A stretch of DNA of 64,000 bases from Chlorokybus atmophyticus (taxonomy: Eukaryota; Plantae; Mesostigma and Chlorokybus algae), in assembly GCA_009103225.1 (NCBI GenBank), contig RHPI01002262.1:186001-250000 (forward strand), read 5' to 3'. The notes under the pieces were generated by a model. It was not told where the DNA came from. It worked only from the letters and a program-made list of their open reading frames with translations, and searched no databases. Within the stretch, counting starts at the first letter, position 1. The number at the start of each line of letters is the position of its first letter. The position numbers and the translations under genes are program-made. Below, one piece after another: positions 1-12,960 of this stretch.

Positions 1-899
1 TGGATTATAAGGAATTTTTGAGTTGAATTCGGGAGGAATATCACAAATTGAGATAAATTGTGACAGACCTCACTCATGGTAGTGTTGTTTACTACCATAG
101 CCTAGTGGTCAAGCCCCAATTGTCACAATGATGATGTGTATAGCTTTAGCATGCAGCGTCTATGCATTTTCAAAATGTCGCCGCGTCCTCAATTGCGTTG
201 GGGAGTACAGGCGCATTGTTAATGAGTTGGTTACAACTGTTATCACGATTTACACATGCCTTTCTCACGACTTAAACCTTTAATTACGTCAAAGAAAAGA
301 ATCTTTGACATTGTTCAGGATCTAGTGCTTACAATTGTCACCAGCGGAGTGCCGTTTGTGACAGGTTGTATCAATATTTCGGCTACAGTCATAACATATA
401 TATGGATCCGCCGTGAAGTTTACAAAATCCGCAAGTTATGTCCAACTTCGTCCATTACAAAGTTGCAGATCCAGCCTGACTTGCCGAAACCCTTTTCTAC
501 CGATGAAGGACACATGTCCTCACCTTGTGGTTGAAGAGCTTTGGCACCCCCGTGAACGGCCTCTCACCCGAACACCCCACGTGAAGCCCCACACGAGGAA
601 GCACGGCAAGGCAATGTAGACCCAAGTCTCTAATGCCTTGCCTACTGAGCATACTCACTCATTTATATACCCCTGGTGCCTTATCTAGTCACTTAAGGGT
701 GGTGGGTGTTTCCACCAATGGTGCCTCGTTCGGACCCTAATGTAATTTAAGGCCAACCATCTTGTGACAAGCACTCTTGCACTTGCCCTTATTAGGCTTA
801 CACCAATCACCTTGAAGGATATCATACCCCTAAGTATGAGCAAGCAATGAAATTGTACTATAATCTCATGGTATTGGCCACACGGTTTTGTGGCCACAG

Positions 900-1400
900 A
901 TTGTAGATATCAGTCTTTGTGACATCCGTATTGCAGTCTACAGTATCAGCATACTTCTGTGCGATATCCGCATCTGCCTCTTTTAGCACTTTCTAGTTAA
1001 GTGCACATGTAACATCCACAGTGTCTTCCACAATGTGGACATTTGTTGTGATGGTATCCACACCCTTGTGTGCAATATCAATGCTCGACTCTTCTGATAT
1101 TCTCCAGACATAAGTCTCTGTAATATCAAAATCGCAGCTGTGATATGAACATTCGTGTGTAAGATATCCACAGTCATGTACCAGATGTCAACATACTTGT
1201 CTGCTTAGATGTCTTTGTCTACATAATTGACACATGTGTATAATAAACATTTGTGGCTAACTAGCCCACATCAGTGTCTGTCTCATGGACACCTTCATAC
1301 AAGATGTCAACATCTACAATGTAGAGAGGTGTAGCTAATTGTTCCACACCCATCTCTACCTTGTAGTAGCAAGCATACATGCTTGTTGGTTGTCTATGTC
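900..1400 (-). pseudogene. Decayed coding relic (Asp/Val/Thr-rich, several in-frame stops), possibly transposon-derived
   Basis: Minus-strand frames read protein-like for long stretches (EESSIDIAHKGVDTITTNVHIVEDTVDVT*KVLKEADADIAQKYADTVDCNTDV; LYIVDVDILYEGVHETDTDVG*) but are broken by stops. No family recognised. Confidence 0.25.
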
Positions 1401-1789
1401 ACATATGTCCAAGCTCTTAGAGCAAACTGCTAGCCGAGTTACATGAATTGTGTGGATAGGTGGCACCCATCCACACATGTGGGTGGGAAGACCCATTATG
1501 AAGCTTGTAACCACCTCATGCAACATGCCAGTTGTTAAGATACACATGAAAGAGAATGCAGCTGTGAAAAAGAACAAGTGTTGCTATCTGCAAATGGTGG
1601 CAAACCTGGATTGAATTCAGACGATGATGCCATTGAGACACTGCGCTCCCATTCAAATCACTTTCATCTTAGATAAAAGCTTTTGAAAGCAGTGCTTACA
1701 ATAAATACCTCACCTGATTTGGTTAGCTGAGAGAAAAAGAAGACACAGTGATCGGTGATGAGGTTGACCTCCGCCTTATATGCACTACA

Positions 1790-2100
1790 CCTTCTTTCAG
1801 ATTTCTTTAGCCAAAGCAGCCTCCTTCGACCAACATGCAAACAACACATGGTAATCAGCAACATCTTTTAGCAGTGAACATTACTGGAATTCTCAAGAGT
1901 ACGTAGGAGTAGAGTACAAAATCTGCCCTTACGATAATGCATATTTTGCCAAACCACTAATACTTGGCGATTTTCCTCCAGAATTCCCTTCCCATCCATC
2001 GCAACAAGTGTTGTTGCGTGTCCTTCTCAGTTAAACAACACACTTGTCGTGCATGAGACCACGAGTTTGAGTGAGAAGATAACATGAAATGCTCAACGCA
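1790..2100 (-). mobile_element. Possible degenerate non-LTR retrotransposon C-terminal zinc-knuckle (zf-RVT-like) relic
   Basis: Fragments CCLTEKDTQQHLLRWMGREFWRKI and CSLLKDVADYHVLFACWSKEAALAKEI*KKV loosely resemble the LINE CxxC..ET..HL...C.....W motif. Stops are present. Confidence 0.25.
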
Positions 2101-3315
2101 ACACAGCTGACGACTAGAGGTTAGCACGTCCGTGCGGCACCCGTGACAATAAGCTGTTGTTGCATGCTGGCCGGTTTGCGGTTGCTGCAAGCAACTTGGC
2201 ACGCTTTCAAAGAGTCTTCCATTGACAATATCTGCGCTGCTGGCGCCGGGCAATGCAGCTTATTAAGGCCGGATGGTTGCAGCTCTGCCGCAGCTCCATT
2301 ACTTGTTCTTATTGGCAATGCTGCTTGGATGGTGCTTTGTTAATCCTAATTAATTGATATATATATATACAAAAAGTAGTTGAAATTGCATGTATAACTC
2401 AAGGACTGCTTCTAGACCCTTCTAACCACGACTCATGCTGAACAGACTACACATCATGCTGCGCCGCAAGTGCATGTAACTTGACTTGCAAACTTGAAAG
2501 GTTTACGAGTCCAACAAAATCTTACTAGAAAAACATGCTCACATGCTACTTGAAAGCTCTGCAAATGTACCTACCGTTGACAAATTTGTAATGCCCTTGT
2601 GCATGTGGCTGTAAACACCACCGCGTGCTGATTAGTGATTATGGGCGAGGCGGGGTTTAGTCGCACGCGAGCAGCTGGGTTGTTTGCATGTGCGTAATGG
2701 CGAGGCACGCGTCAGGTAGCAATGCAAGGTTGCTGATGGACGTGACGATCACCTTACTGTGAGCAGCAGGTGGTGCAAGAGCGCGCGCGGCTGAGCGGGG
2801 GAAGAGTTGGACTCCAATATTTCGGAAGTACCACAACCACTACCCAGCTGACTTCTTTGTGCTGCTAGCTATGAGACACATGGTTGGTTTGGCCTGCTTT
2901 TGAGATCCATTTGTGCAGCTGCTCACAATTGTGCCACAATGCAGTGCGCGCCGGGTTGTGCAATTGTAGGGCATTCATGCAATACATGGTTTCAAACGTC
3001 GTCTGGATGCCCGCGCCGCAATATTGAGCCATGGTGTAGTACTTCGTGGCACAGTGTGGCTAGCGAGTATCAATGACGCTACAGTACACAACGAGCGCAG
3101 GGGACGGCGGTGCTAGCGCTTGCCGCTGCGGCCACCAGCCGTAAGTGTGTAGGGAAAGACGCCAGTACGCGGCCCCCGCAACAACTCTAGCCGATGTTGC
3201 TGCTTTTACGCATGATGATGTCATGTGAATGTTATACGCATGAGTATGTATTGATGGTTAGGTATAATGTACTGCTAGCCCACAAACCGTCCGCTTCCAG
3301 GTAATACACTTCATT

Positions 3316-3475
3316 CAAGCAACTGAGAAGGACGCTCTCAACAGCTTGTTGCTGTGGATACCTGTCTTAAACGTCACCCTGCCAGTATTCAGGACATCAT
3401 TCCCAAATGCGTGGTGTATTACGGAAGTATTTAGCGGATGCAATAGCCATGGCTACCATCTATGCTTGGAAAGTA
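3316..3475 (+). pseudogene. Frameshifted remnant of RPH1 exon 3, carried in the left arm of the inverted duplication
   Basis: Translates ATEKDALNSLLLWIPVLNVTLPVF and, after a frameshift, DAIAMATIYAWK. The intact copy at 14550-14719 reads AAEKDALNILFLLIPVINVTLPIF...DVIAMATIYAWK. Confidence 0.85.
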
Positions 3476-5171
3476 GCTTTGTCACTTGATTTGATGTACG
3501 TGTCTTGCAACGGTATCACACGAATCTAGCTTACTGGCCATGGTTAGCAAACCGTGTTGTTTGCAAGTGGGTTTGCCCGGTACTGCTGAGGCCAGCAGCA
3601 ATAGCGCCAACAATAGCACATGAATGAAGAATACTATTGTATATCTATCAGTGTTGTATAAAGCCAGTAGAGGAAAGTAGTGAATTTCAAGGTGTATGAG
3701 TACGTAGGAATTGCCATGACCTGGCATGGATGAGACCTGGCATGGATTCAACTTTCAGATATGCCATCGAAGCACTGGTTGCACTGTTGCAACCAGTGCA
3801 AGGATGCAGGTGATGTTGCATGAAGTGTTATGTGCACTGGCTGTTATCTATGTTCTCGTGGTGTGCGCAACTCGGGCAAATCTTTGCCATGCGGAACATT
3901 GCGTTGAGTAAGGGTGCAACTGCACAGGCATATGCCAGTTCATGTATGCACATCTACAGCGGATGCAATCCTCGTAAACCACAGCTGTACGGGGTTGCTG
4001 CATCCGCTACTGTGTGCGTAACTCTCTGTGGGGGTGCACCGTTGACACCCAAGGGGACATACCTACTGCGCTTCCCGCGAGGCCAAGGGCGCCCGGCCAC
4101 GCTCAATGAGGTGTACATGCTCTCATGCGCAAGGCTGGCACTTTCAGTAGTCAGGAGCAAACAGGGTTTCTGCCTGTGTTGCCTAGCGAGACACGGGGCT
4201 GAGGAATGCATAACTTAACTATGGGTGACGCCTTTCGACAGCTGCGGTTGTGTGCACGCCGTCTAGTGCAGATGCGGAGTTGTGCAGGATGGTGGGCTTG
4301 TTGAGTAACTTGGGACAGCGTGTGGTCTGCGTGCTGCAGCGTGCAGTTTTTTATCAATTGAACTTGGTTGAGGGTTGCTGTGAGTAGGTGTGGTCATTTC
4401 ACCGCTATTGAACTTTGCTGTTACTGCTATATACTGGTCGTGGTGTTTTACACAAGCGCCACAACCCTCCCTGTTGAAGACGCAAGTGTTGGGGGCCCGA
4501 GTGAGGCACGCCTGTATTGAGGGCGACAGCATTGTTGCATGGTTGTGACTGGCAGAGAGAGCAGAGAGATGGCACAAGATTGCGCAGTAGTCAGAGTGAC
4601 CCACCTTGCATACGTGCGTGTGCAAGTGAGCTTCAGCGGTGGGTGTGCGCACAGGCTCATGTGTGTGCACAGGCGCATGCGTGCACAGGCATGTACGCGC
4701 CCACGTGTGTGTGTGTGTGTAAGATTGCGTGTGTGCATGCATGTGCGTCTGTGCGCAGGTGATACTATACCTGTGACCTTATGTACCTGGGCTCGTGAGT
4801 ATGAACGTGTGCTTGTACATGTCCTTTGTCGGATGCCATGCATATCCAAAGAGTACATACCCACTCACGAGCAAGTGAGGTGCATCAGAGGATGCACTGC
4901 AACGGCGTTAGCACAATCTGGGGAAGAATTAAAAGGGGATGGTTAATAAAGGTTGGTATGTTCATGTTCTAGACAGCGTATCATACCCATGCAATGAGGA
5001 ACAGAATTTTGACACAAGCAGTAGCGTTATGAGAAATTTATTTCTCAAAACGCTTTATTGGTATCAAACAGCAGTCACAGACTGCAGGCAAAAAATGAGA
5101 GACTTCAACTACGCTACCACACGAACACCTAGGAATTCTAACAAGGTCTAACAAACACACAAACAGCCACT

Positions 5172-6140
5172 CTACTTAATGTTGCCGTTGAGCTTCTTGG
5201 GAAAGAAGCCGCCACCCGCACCTGGCTCACCACCAAGGTACACGATGCGAAGCACAGCGCTGGTAGAAGCAGAGTAGGCCACAGAGTTCTTATCCGCCAG
5301 TGAGAGGTCACACAAGTACGTCTTGTTGTTGAAGCGGAGGCCACGGTCAGTGTCGAGGGGACCGTTGACGGAGTCGCGGAGGTCAGAGATGGCCTGGGCC
5401 ACATCCATCACGTACGCGCCATACGGCTCGATGATGCCCCACCTGTTGTTGTACATCAGCGCGCGGATGGCACCGGCGTGGTACGCCTCAACTGCGAGGA
5501 TACCAGCAGCAGCCTCCAAGTAACCCTTGTCCTGGATCAGAGGGCTGGCACCCTGTGATGCAAAACCGTCAGTTAGTTGACTATGTGGGTATGTGTCTGT
5601 AGTTGTGTCAAGCAACTGTGTGCACCCGCATGTGCACATGTATGTGAAGTGTGGGTGGATAGGTGGGTATGGCATCCTCACCTTGTATGCCTGGACGCCC
5701 ACATCCTCGAAGGTGAAGGCTCCCACGAAGAAAGACCAGTCATTGGCGTAAGGGTTGAACTTGGGGCTGAGGGAGGTGCCGAGGGCAGCATCAGCGGCAG
5801 CACCGAAGGCTCCGAGGAGGTCAATCTCGGGTGCGGGCACGGCAGCAGAGCCGAGGGCGAGGCGTAGGAAGCGCACGTGGTTCAGCTCATCCCTGGCAAT
5901 GGGCCACATGATGGCGTACGTGGACTTCTTCAGGGGAGACTTGCCGCCAAAGTCAGGGGCGGAAGCGCCTGGACCTCCACCCTTGTCAGCACTGGAGAGG
6001 CCATGGCCAAAGACTCCACGGGAGTAGTATTCTCCCTCAAGGTACTCCAGGTTGAGGGCGAAGTTGAGAACATCGATGTCAATCTGGGCTGGGGCTGCAA
6101 TAGGAAATACACACAAAGAAGGTTCTCAGTCGCTGATGTG

Positions 6141-6230
<90 letters not shown>

Positions 6231-6231
6231 N

Positions 6232-6294
<63 letters not shown>

Positions 6295-6372
6295 ACCAGC
6301 GGCAATGGCGGCAGGGATGGCAATGGCCGCCAGCAGGGCGGCGAAGAGCGCCAGGGCGGTGAGGCGCACCAT
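5172..6372 (-). CDS. Desiccation-related protein PCC13-62 family (ferritin-like), secreted; exons 6372-6297, 6094-5682, 5552-5172
   Basis: Hydrophobic signal peptide MVRLTALALFAALLAAIAIPAAIAA. Family motifs DVLNFALNLEYLEGEYY, IARDELNHVRFLR, FEDVGVQAYKGA, AAAGILAVEAYHAGAIR, GGFFP..LNGNI. GT-AG introns restore the frame. Confidence 0.95.
6146..6292. repeat. (GA)n/(CT)n microsatellite filling intron 1 of the left DRP gene
   Basis: About 70 dinucleotide units directly after the splice donor, with one N. Confidence 0.98.
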
Positions 6373-6917
6373 TGGGTGTGTCTTCACCAGTACTCCTTTC
6401 GGAGCTGCAGCAACGCAATGCCAACTCAGTCTGGGCAGGCAAACAAGTACATTGATAACCATGCACAAGGGTGTCTGCAGCGCGTTGTGCACAGCAGCAT
6501 GACAGAAAATGAGAGTAAGAGAAAGACTTTTTGCACCCGTACCTGGATGGCTGGCTTGAGCAGCAGCGTAGACACAGTCACCCTTGCAAACACACAGGCA
6601 GACAAACTCACGCCACGACTCTACCAATGACCGCAGCACCGTGCTTCTTGTACTGTTCACCATGAAGGTTTCACTAGCTTTGAGCGTTTGAGATAAAGCG
6701 TGCGCAAGCGGTCAGTAGTATCTATTTAACGGACAATATATAGTGCTGGACTGGTACAAAAATGAGTACCACGTCAACAGCTGCCGAACGGTGTCGGTCG
6801 TCAAATGTGACTTGCCAGCCAACATCCGGAGGTTGCCGGAACTACGTGATCTGTACATCGCTAGTACGGCCACGCAGTTCGAAAGGGGTGGAGGTGGTAC
6901 GATGTGCTTCAGTGGCC

Positions 6918-6927
6918 GCCACGTCGG
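6918..6927 (-). promoter_or_regulatory. Fused CCGAC (DRE core) plus ACGTGGC (ABRE) element upstream of the left DRP
   Basis: Minus strand reads CCGACGTGGC about 550 bp upstream of the ATG. It is conserved in the paralogue promoter. Confidence 0.55.
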
Positions 6928-7079
6928 AGCAGGAATCACCAACACGGCGGCGGGGTTCGTCCGGGAGCGAGCCCCGCCGGCCGCGGGGTTAGCTGCTGCG
7001 CTGCGCTGACCACGCGTCGGCATGGAGCAGCGCCGAGCGCTGCTCTATGCCGACGAGCTGCGCCGACCAGCCTACATTT

Positions 7080-7353
7080 TATATGTACAGGCATATAGTG
7101 CATGTGATACGTACAGGTCTATAATATAATTTCAATGTCATAATACGGTATTTATGATGTATGATACCAATGTAACTTGGCATAGTGACATGACGTGTGG
7201 GTATGCGTGTGTATATATACATATATATATGTATGTATATATGTATAAATATATATGCATAATAATAAATATACGTATGTAAATACATATATTGATCAAT
7301 ATGCATATACACATACACATATATATAAACATATCATATACATGTATATGTGA

Positions 7354-7425
<72 letters not shown>

Positions 7426-7810
7426 TATTTATATATAGGCATATAGACATAGGTATATAGATACATACACATACACATACATGTATATGTACATATATAT
7501 ATGTACATATACATGTACATATATACATATACATGTATATTTATATGCATATATACATATATATCTGCACATATGTATTATATATATGCATATATATATA
7601 TACACATATAATGATATATATAAATGTACATTTATATATACACAAACATATACATTCATATATGTATATATATAATTGTATATATATGTATGTATAACTA
7701 TCATATGAGTTCAGCACCCCGTGCCAATAATGGCACAAACCCGTGCCATATATGTATATATAAATGTGTGTATGTGTGTGTGTGTATCTATATACATATT
7801 ACATGAGTCT
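7080..7810. repeat. Compound (TA)n/(CA)n/(TATG)n low-complexity microsatellite block
   Basis: Directly visible AT-rich alternating purine-pyrimidine tract with a pure (CA)n run at about 7357-7418. Confidence 0.95.
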
Positions 7811-8007
7811 AGTGCCCTGTCCAGCGCCCAAAAATGACGCAAACCCGTGCCAGTACTGGCACAGACACGTTTTGTTCATACTATCAACCTGCAAAGATCT
7901 TAAGTTAAACTGTGCTGGTATTAGTTTATGATCTATGAACCTCGAGCGGCTCAAAAAATTGTGCTAGCAATGGCATAACTGTCTTGGCTGGCACAAAGTT
8001 TGTGCCA
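7721..8007. repeat. Cluster of GTGCCA/TGGCAC palindromes resembling DNA-transposon subterminal motifs
   Basis: GTGCCAATAATGGCAC (7721-7736), perfect GTGCCAGTACTGGCAC (7847-7862), TGGCACAAAGTTTGTGCCA (7989-8007), and repeated AAACCCGTGCCA. Confidence 0.6.
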
Positions 8008-10389
8008 TCAAGGCTGTTATTAATATAAAACCTAGCACTGGCATATTTACAATATTAAGTGTTTGAACGCTGGTAGCTAACCGTGTTAGCCCGCACCAAA
8101 TAATTGTTTGCAAGTCCATCACCGACGGCAACTTATCTATGCTAGCAATGGCACAAGCTTCTTGTACCCATCCAAGCAAGATTGCTTTGAAACCTTCGAG
8201 ACACACAAAAAAAAGCAGCACTGGCTTTGACTATTGTGTAACCGATGCTGATCCTAAACTTGGTCTACCAGCGTTGCTTGAATTTATCCAAGGCCAACAC
8301 CGATTGCAACCTATATATGCCAGCACCGACACAAGCTACATGTGTGCCCCATACCAGCAAGAGGTGCTTCCAGACTTGCAAGACACAAACAACGCAGCAC
8401 TAGCGACGCCAACCTATCACCTATGCCATTACTGGCTTACAAATCTGAGAGTGCTATTGCAAAATAGGGAAATTCCGTTTATACCCGCAGACCAGGCTAG
8501 ACCAGCATGCATGCGGCTAAGCTATTGCTGGAGCGATTGTAGGACCTTTCTTGGCCCAGTTATTGAGCATCACGTTTTCGTGACTTGTGGCATATATCCG
8601 CGAGTTATGAGTTTGCCGCGGATATCGACCGGGGCCCCAGGACCAGTCCGGAAGGTGCCAGAAAACGGAGGGCCAGTCGAGAAGGGCTCGACCAGACTTT
8701 TGGAAGGGCTTGGCGTCAAGTAGTCAAACTTGACCATATGAGCACCTTATCAGGGGATCTTTGGTGTAAGGAAGGTCGAGAAGTATACTACAAGGTCCTC
8801 CAATCACATCTTAGCATCTAGTTTTGTGTAGCATGGGAATCGTCTAGACAGTAGCATGTGCAGATTGGTAGGTATAAAAGCGATATTCTACAATGTGCAA
8901 TACAACCTTTAGCTCCCTAGTTTCTTGTGTGCAAGCCTGGTGGTGGTTAGCAGGGGTTGCTAGCGTGTGTCCACTGGTGTGTGTGCTTGCTTGTATGACG
9001 ATCCAAGGCGCTACACAAGTCGGTGAATAGCTTCAAGCGCGTGCGTACGCGACTCGCCACTCGGAGTGGCGGGGCGGCCGTGTGTGCTTCGCAGAGGGGG
9101 CAAGGTTCTGGTGTGAATACCGTGCCTTGGTAAGAGGGTTGTTGATTGGACCAACTCACAGGTGACAAGGCACGAGCACCGTCACATGCTTGATCACCAC
9201 ATGCTTGATCATGATGCAGCTAGCGTTCGATCATTGCTAGCTTCGTCTGGCGGGACTGGCATTGCTAGGGGCTTTTCTAATCCGTTCTGTCTACCCGCCT
9301 AACAACAACAACAGCCCGCACAACCATATTAAGCAATGTCAGACAACGGTGAGACCGTAGTCCCTTACGACCAGCTGCCACACATGATGCTCATCGCCAC
9401 AATGGCTACCAACGCAGAACTAAATTATATCCGCTTGCAAAGCTTGTATGGCGTTGAGATGATTGCGGTATCAACAGCATCAACCAGTGCATGTATAGCC
9501 TCAAATGTTTTGCCCTGCATCGCCTTACAATGTTTGACACATTGATCGTATTTGCGATTTATGTATACATGTTTTTTGGCTTTCTGTCAATACGCGGCAA
9601 GTGATCAATGTGCAACAAGCTTTGTCATGTTGAGTGGTTGTGCAATGTGTGCAGCATGCTCTTCTTGTTAACATGTGTTGTCAACATGGGTTTCTTATTG
9701 CATATGTCACCGCTAAAGCTTATCCGCAATGATGCATGAAGAATAAGACTTTAATATGAGCATGCGCAATACAACAATGCGTGTGTGATATGCATGACAA
9801 TGTTACAAGCGTTACTACTGCAACTTATTTGCGACACATATTATAAGGCGAAGATTATTTGAGTGTAAGCATGCGTAAAAGATCAACATGCTTATGATAT
9901 TCTTAACAATGCATTGCTTGCGGCGTTTACTCTCACTTGCGCTGGTGTTGACATTGAAAACGCAGTTGCTCCAGCAAGAACTATGCTTCTAGTCGGAGCC
10001 TTCGGCTAGCTACATTGAGGAGCTGTTGCTTCTTATTGCTTATTATTCTGGTTACTGCAAGTTTTGACGCCTTCACGATCGAACGGTCGCGATCGGACGT
10101 TTCGCATGCAATCGCCCAGTGTGACGCGTCTCGTAATAAATCAATGTTAATAATTCATCACGCTTATACGCGTGACTTTCGTTTTCACGGCCGGCCCCTT
10201 CGGAGCGTTAGAAACCTCGTATGCAATTAACGACGCTATAGCAGGTCTCGCCTGCGCTGTGGAACAGCGATGCCGGTGGCCGCGTCACCCTCGCTAAGTT
10301 ACATCTCGATTGTGTGTTGATTAACCTTGCTTGTCAAGGCCAGTAACTTGACGGCCGTGACACATCACGCTTGTGAGCGGTTTGCGCGT

Positions 10390-10620
10390 GATTATTTTTG
10401 ATACACATGAACAAGTACATATACACAGATATGAATACATACACCGATACACATACATTCAGTTTCGTCAATATATTTATACATACATACATTGACGTAT
10501 GTAAATGTGTATGCATTTATATGTCATCGTAAATGTGTACATATATAGTCATATAAACGTGTAAAATCGTGTATATATACCTATATGTTGACACATACAT
10601 ATGTAGATGTCGGTTACCAT
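10390..10620. repeat. AT-rich (TA/CA)n low-complexity tract
   Basis: Directly visible ATAC/ATAT repeats. Confidence 0.8.
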
Positions 10621-11292
10621 AAACACATTCACGTGTGTCCATTCAATGCCATGTGCACACCGTCCTCATTTCGTGCGATAGATTTCCCTCGATTGCCCTA
10701 TAACTAAGGGATTTCGCAAAATGCGGGTGTACTTCTGACGGCTCAGAATGAGTCAAAATTGACTAAACAGTGGTCAACTGCCACTCGTTGATAGCAACTT
10801 GTATTCGCCGGCTGGCGTTACTGTGTGTTGCCTTGTAGCATGACGTGCCATTGTGACGCGCACCTGAACGATTTCAAAGGTTCAACGCGCAATTTATACT
10901 ATACTACTATACCGTTACCGTTATCGTTATCCCGGGAAGAGTAACCATCACTTCGCGTTCGCTCATGTTATGGTTACCAATTATTATTAGGGAGCGGGAT
11001 GGCCTCGTCCCCATTACTCCGCTCGGCGCGCTAATGTGAAGTACGGCATAGAGCCACCTTGGGCGAGCAGCCGCAATCAGGCGCAAATGTTACTATAGCG
11101 CGCAATGTCATATACTGCGCGCCAAGCATGGGTAATGTGCATTGCACGATGCAGCACGCGCCAAAAGCATTGCGCGCCAGCTATCGTGCAGCTCATGAGT
11201 GATTTTCGGTATTGCGTCACGTCGCACAGGTACAAGTCATCGGCTCGCAGTGCATGCAAGCGAGCATTTCTCGCCGCAACCCTGCGCACGAG

Positions 11293-11303
11293 ACCGACGT
11301 GGC
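11293..11303 (+). promoter_or_regulatory. Fused DRE (ACCGAC) plus ABRE (ACGTGGC) element upstream of the right DRP
   Basis: ACCGACGTGGC about 550 bp upstream of the ATG at 11854. Confidence 0.6.
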
Positions 11304-11853
11304 GGCCAAGTAAGCATACCGTACTATCCTTCCCCCTTCCGAACTGCGTGGCCGTACTAGCTTCGTACAGATCACGCAGTTCCGGGAGATCTCCGGTTCT
11401 TGCGGCTGGCATTCCACATACGAGGTCCGATACCTTTCGGCGTCTACAAGCAGAGCCGCATTGTACCGGTCGACTACAATTCATGAACCGTTACATGGTG
11501 AATCACTGACCGCTTACGCACGCTTGTTTTCAAACGCTCAAAGCATGCTGGCAGTAATAGTTTCACCATCTTGTATAAGAAGCCACACTGCCACAATTAT
11601 CGGCAGAGTTGTGGCGTGACATCGTCTGTCATTGTGTGCAACAGTGATTGTGTCCACGCTGCTCAAGCCAGGTGGGTGCGGATGTAAATGACTCTCTTCT
11701 CATGCTCACTAGTTCTCATTGTCTCATGCTGCTGTGTACACCACTCTGCAGCCAACCCTGTGCATGGCTAACAATGTATTTGACTGCCTGCACAGACTGA
11801 GTTGGCACTGCGTTGTCGCAGCATCCAAAGGAGTACTGGTGAAGACACACACA

Positions 11854-11936
11854 ATGGTGCACCTCACCGCCTTGGTGGCGCTCTTCGCCTCCATGCTGGC
11901 GGCCACTGCCATCCCTACCGCCCTTGCCTATGGTAA

Positions 11937-11995
<59 letters not shown>

Positions 11996-12960
11996 GCCTT
12001 GAATGTTGTGCCCAGACCAGTAACTGACACCCTTTTGTACGTGTCTTCCCTACACAGCCCAAATAGACATCGATGTTCTCAACTTCGCCCTCAACCTGGA
12101 GTACCTCGAGGGCGAGTACTACTCCCGCGGAGTCTTTGGTGTTGGCCTCTCCAGTGCTGACAAGGGTGGAGGCCCAGGCGCTTCCGCCCCTGACTTTGGC
12201 GGCAAGACTCCCCTGAAGAAGCAGACCTACGCCATCATGTATCCCATTGCTAGGGATGAGCGCAACCACGTGCGCTTCCTCCGCCTCGCACTCGGCTCTG
12301 CTGCCGTGCCCGCACCCGAGATTGACCTCCTCGGAGCCTTCGGTGCTGCCGCTGATGCCGCCCTCAAAACCTCCCTCAGCCCCAAGTTCAACCCTTACGC
12401 CAATGACTGGTCTTTCTTCGTGGGAGCCTTCACCTTCGAGGATGTGGGTGTCCAGGCATACAAGGTGAGAATGCCATATCCACCTACCCACCCACACTTC
12501 ACACACATGCGCTTAGCTGCTTGAAGCAACTACAGACACATACCCACATAGTCAACTAACTGCCGGTTTTGCATCACAGGGTGCCAGCCCTCTAATCCAG
12601 GACAAGGGTTACTTGGAGGCTGCTGCTGGTATCCTTGCTGTGGAGGCTTACCACGCCGGTGCCATCCGCGCGCTGATGTACAACAACAGGTGGGGCATCA
12701 TCGAGCCGTATGGCGCGTACGTGATGGATGTGGCTCAGGCCATCTCTGACCTCCGCGACTCCGTCAACGGTCCCCTCGACACCGACCGCGGCCTCCGTTT
12801 CAACAACAAGACGTACTTGTGCGACCTCTCATTGGCGGATAAGAACTCTGTGGCCTACTCTGCTTCTACCAGCGCTGTGCTTCGCATCGTGTACCTTGGT
12901 GGTGAGCCTGGTGTGGGCGGTGGCTTCTTCCCCAAGAAGCTCAACGGCAACATCTACTAG
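11854..12960 (+). CDS. Desiccation-related protein PCC13-62 family, paralogue 2; exons 11854-11932, 12058-12464, 12580-12960
   Basis: Same exon structure as the left copy. Signal peptide MVHLTALVALFASMLAATAIPTALAY, and a near-identical mature protein (DERNH vs DELNH; ends GNIY). Confidence 0.95.
11939..11990. repeat. (CT)n microsatellite in intron 1 of the right DRP
   Basis: About 26 CT units, at the same position as the repeat in the left copy. Confidence 0.98.

Larger units (their letters stand above)
3300..6930. repeat. Left arm of a ~3.5 kb inverted segmental duplication (partner 11290-14700)
   Basis: Reverse-complement homology is visible throughout, e.g. 3900-4200 vs 13970-14270, the DRP genes and the promoter block. 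Confidence 0.95.

Noticed and set aside
5877-6663. ORFs with poly-ER / poly-SL tracts (also 11716-12506)
   Set aside because: Translations of the intronic GA/CT microsatellite.
7079-7806. Many Tyr/Ile/Met/Cys-rich ORFs
   Set aside because: Artefacts of the TA/CA microsatellite. The same applies to the His/Thr/Cys/Val-rich ORFs in RY-rich introns.
8139-8821. 194-aa and overlapping 78-aa ORFs in the duplication spacer
   Set aside because: No recognisable domain or coherent splice structure. May be TE debris but cannot be supported.
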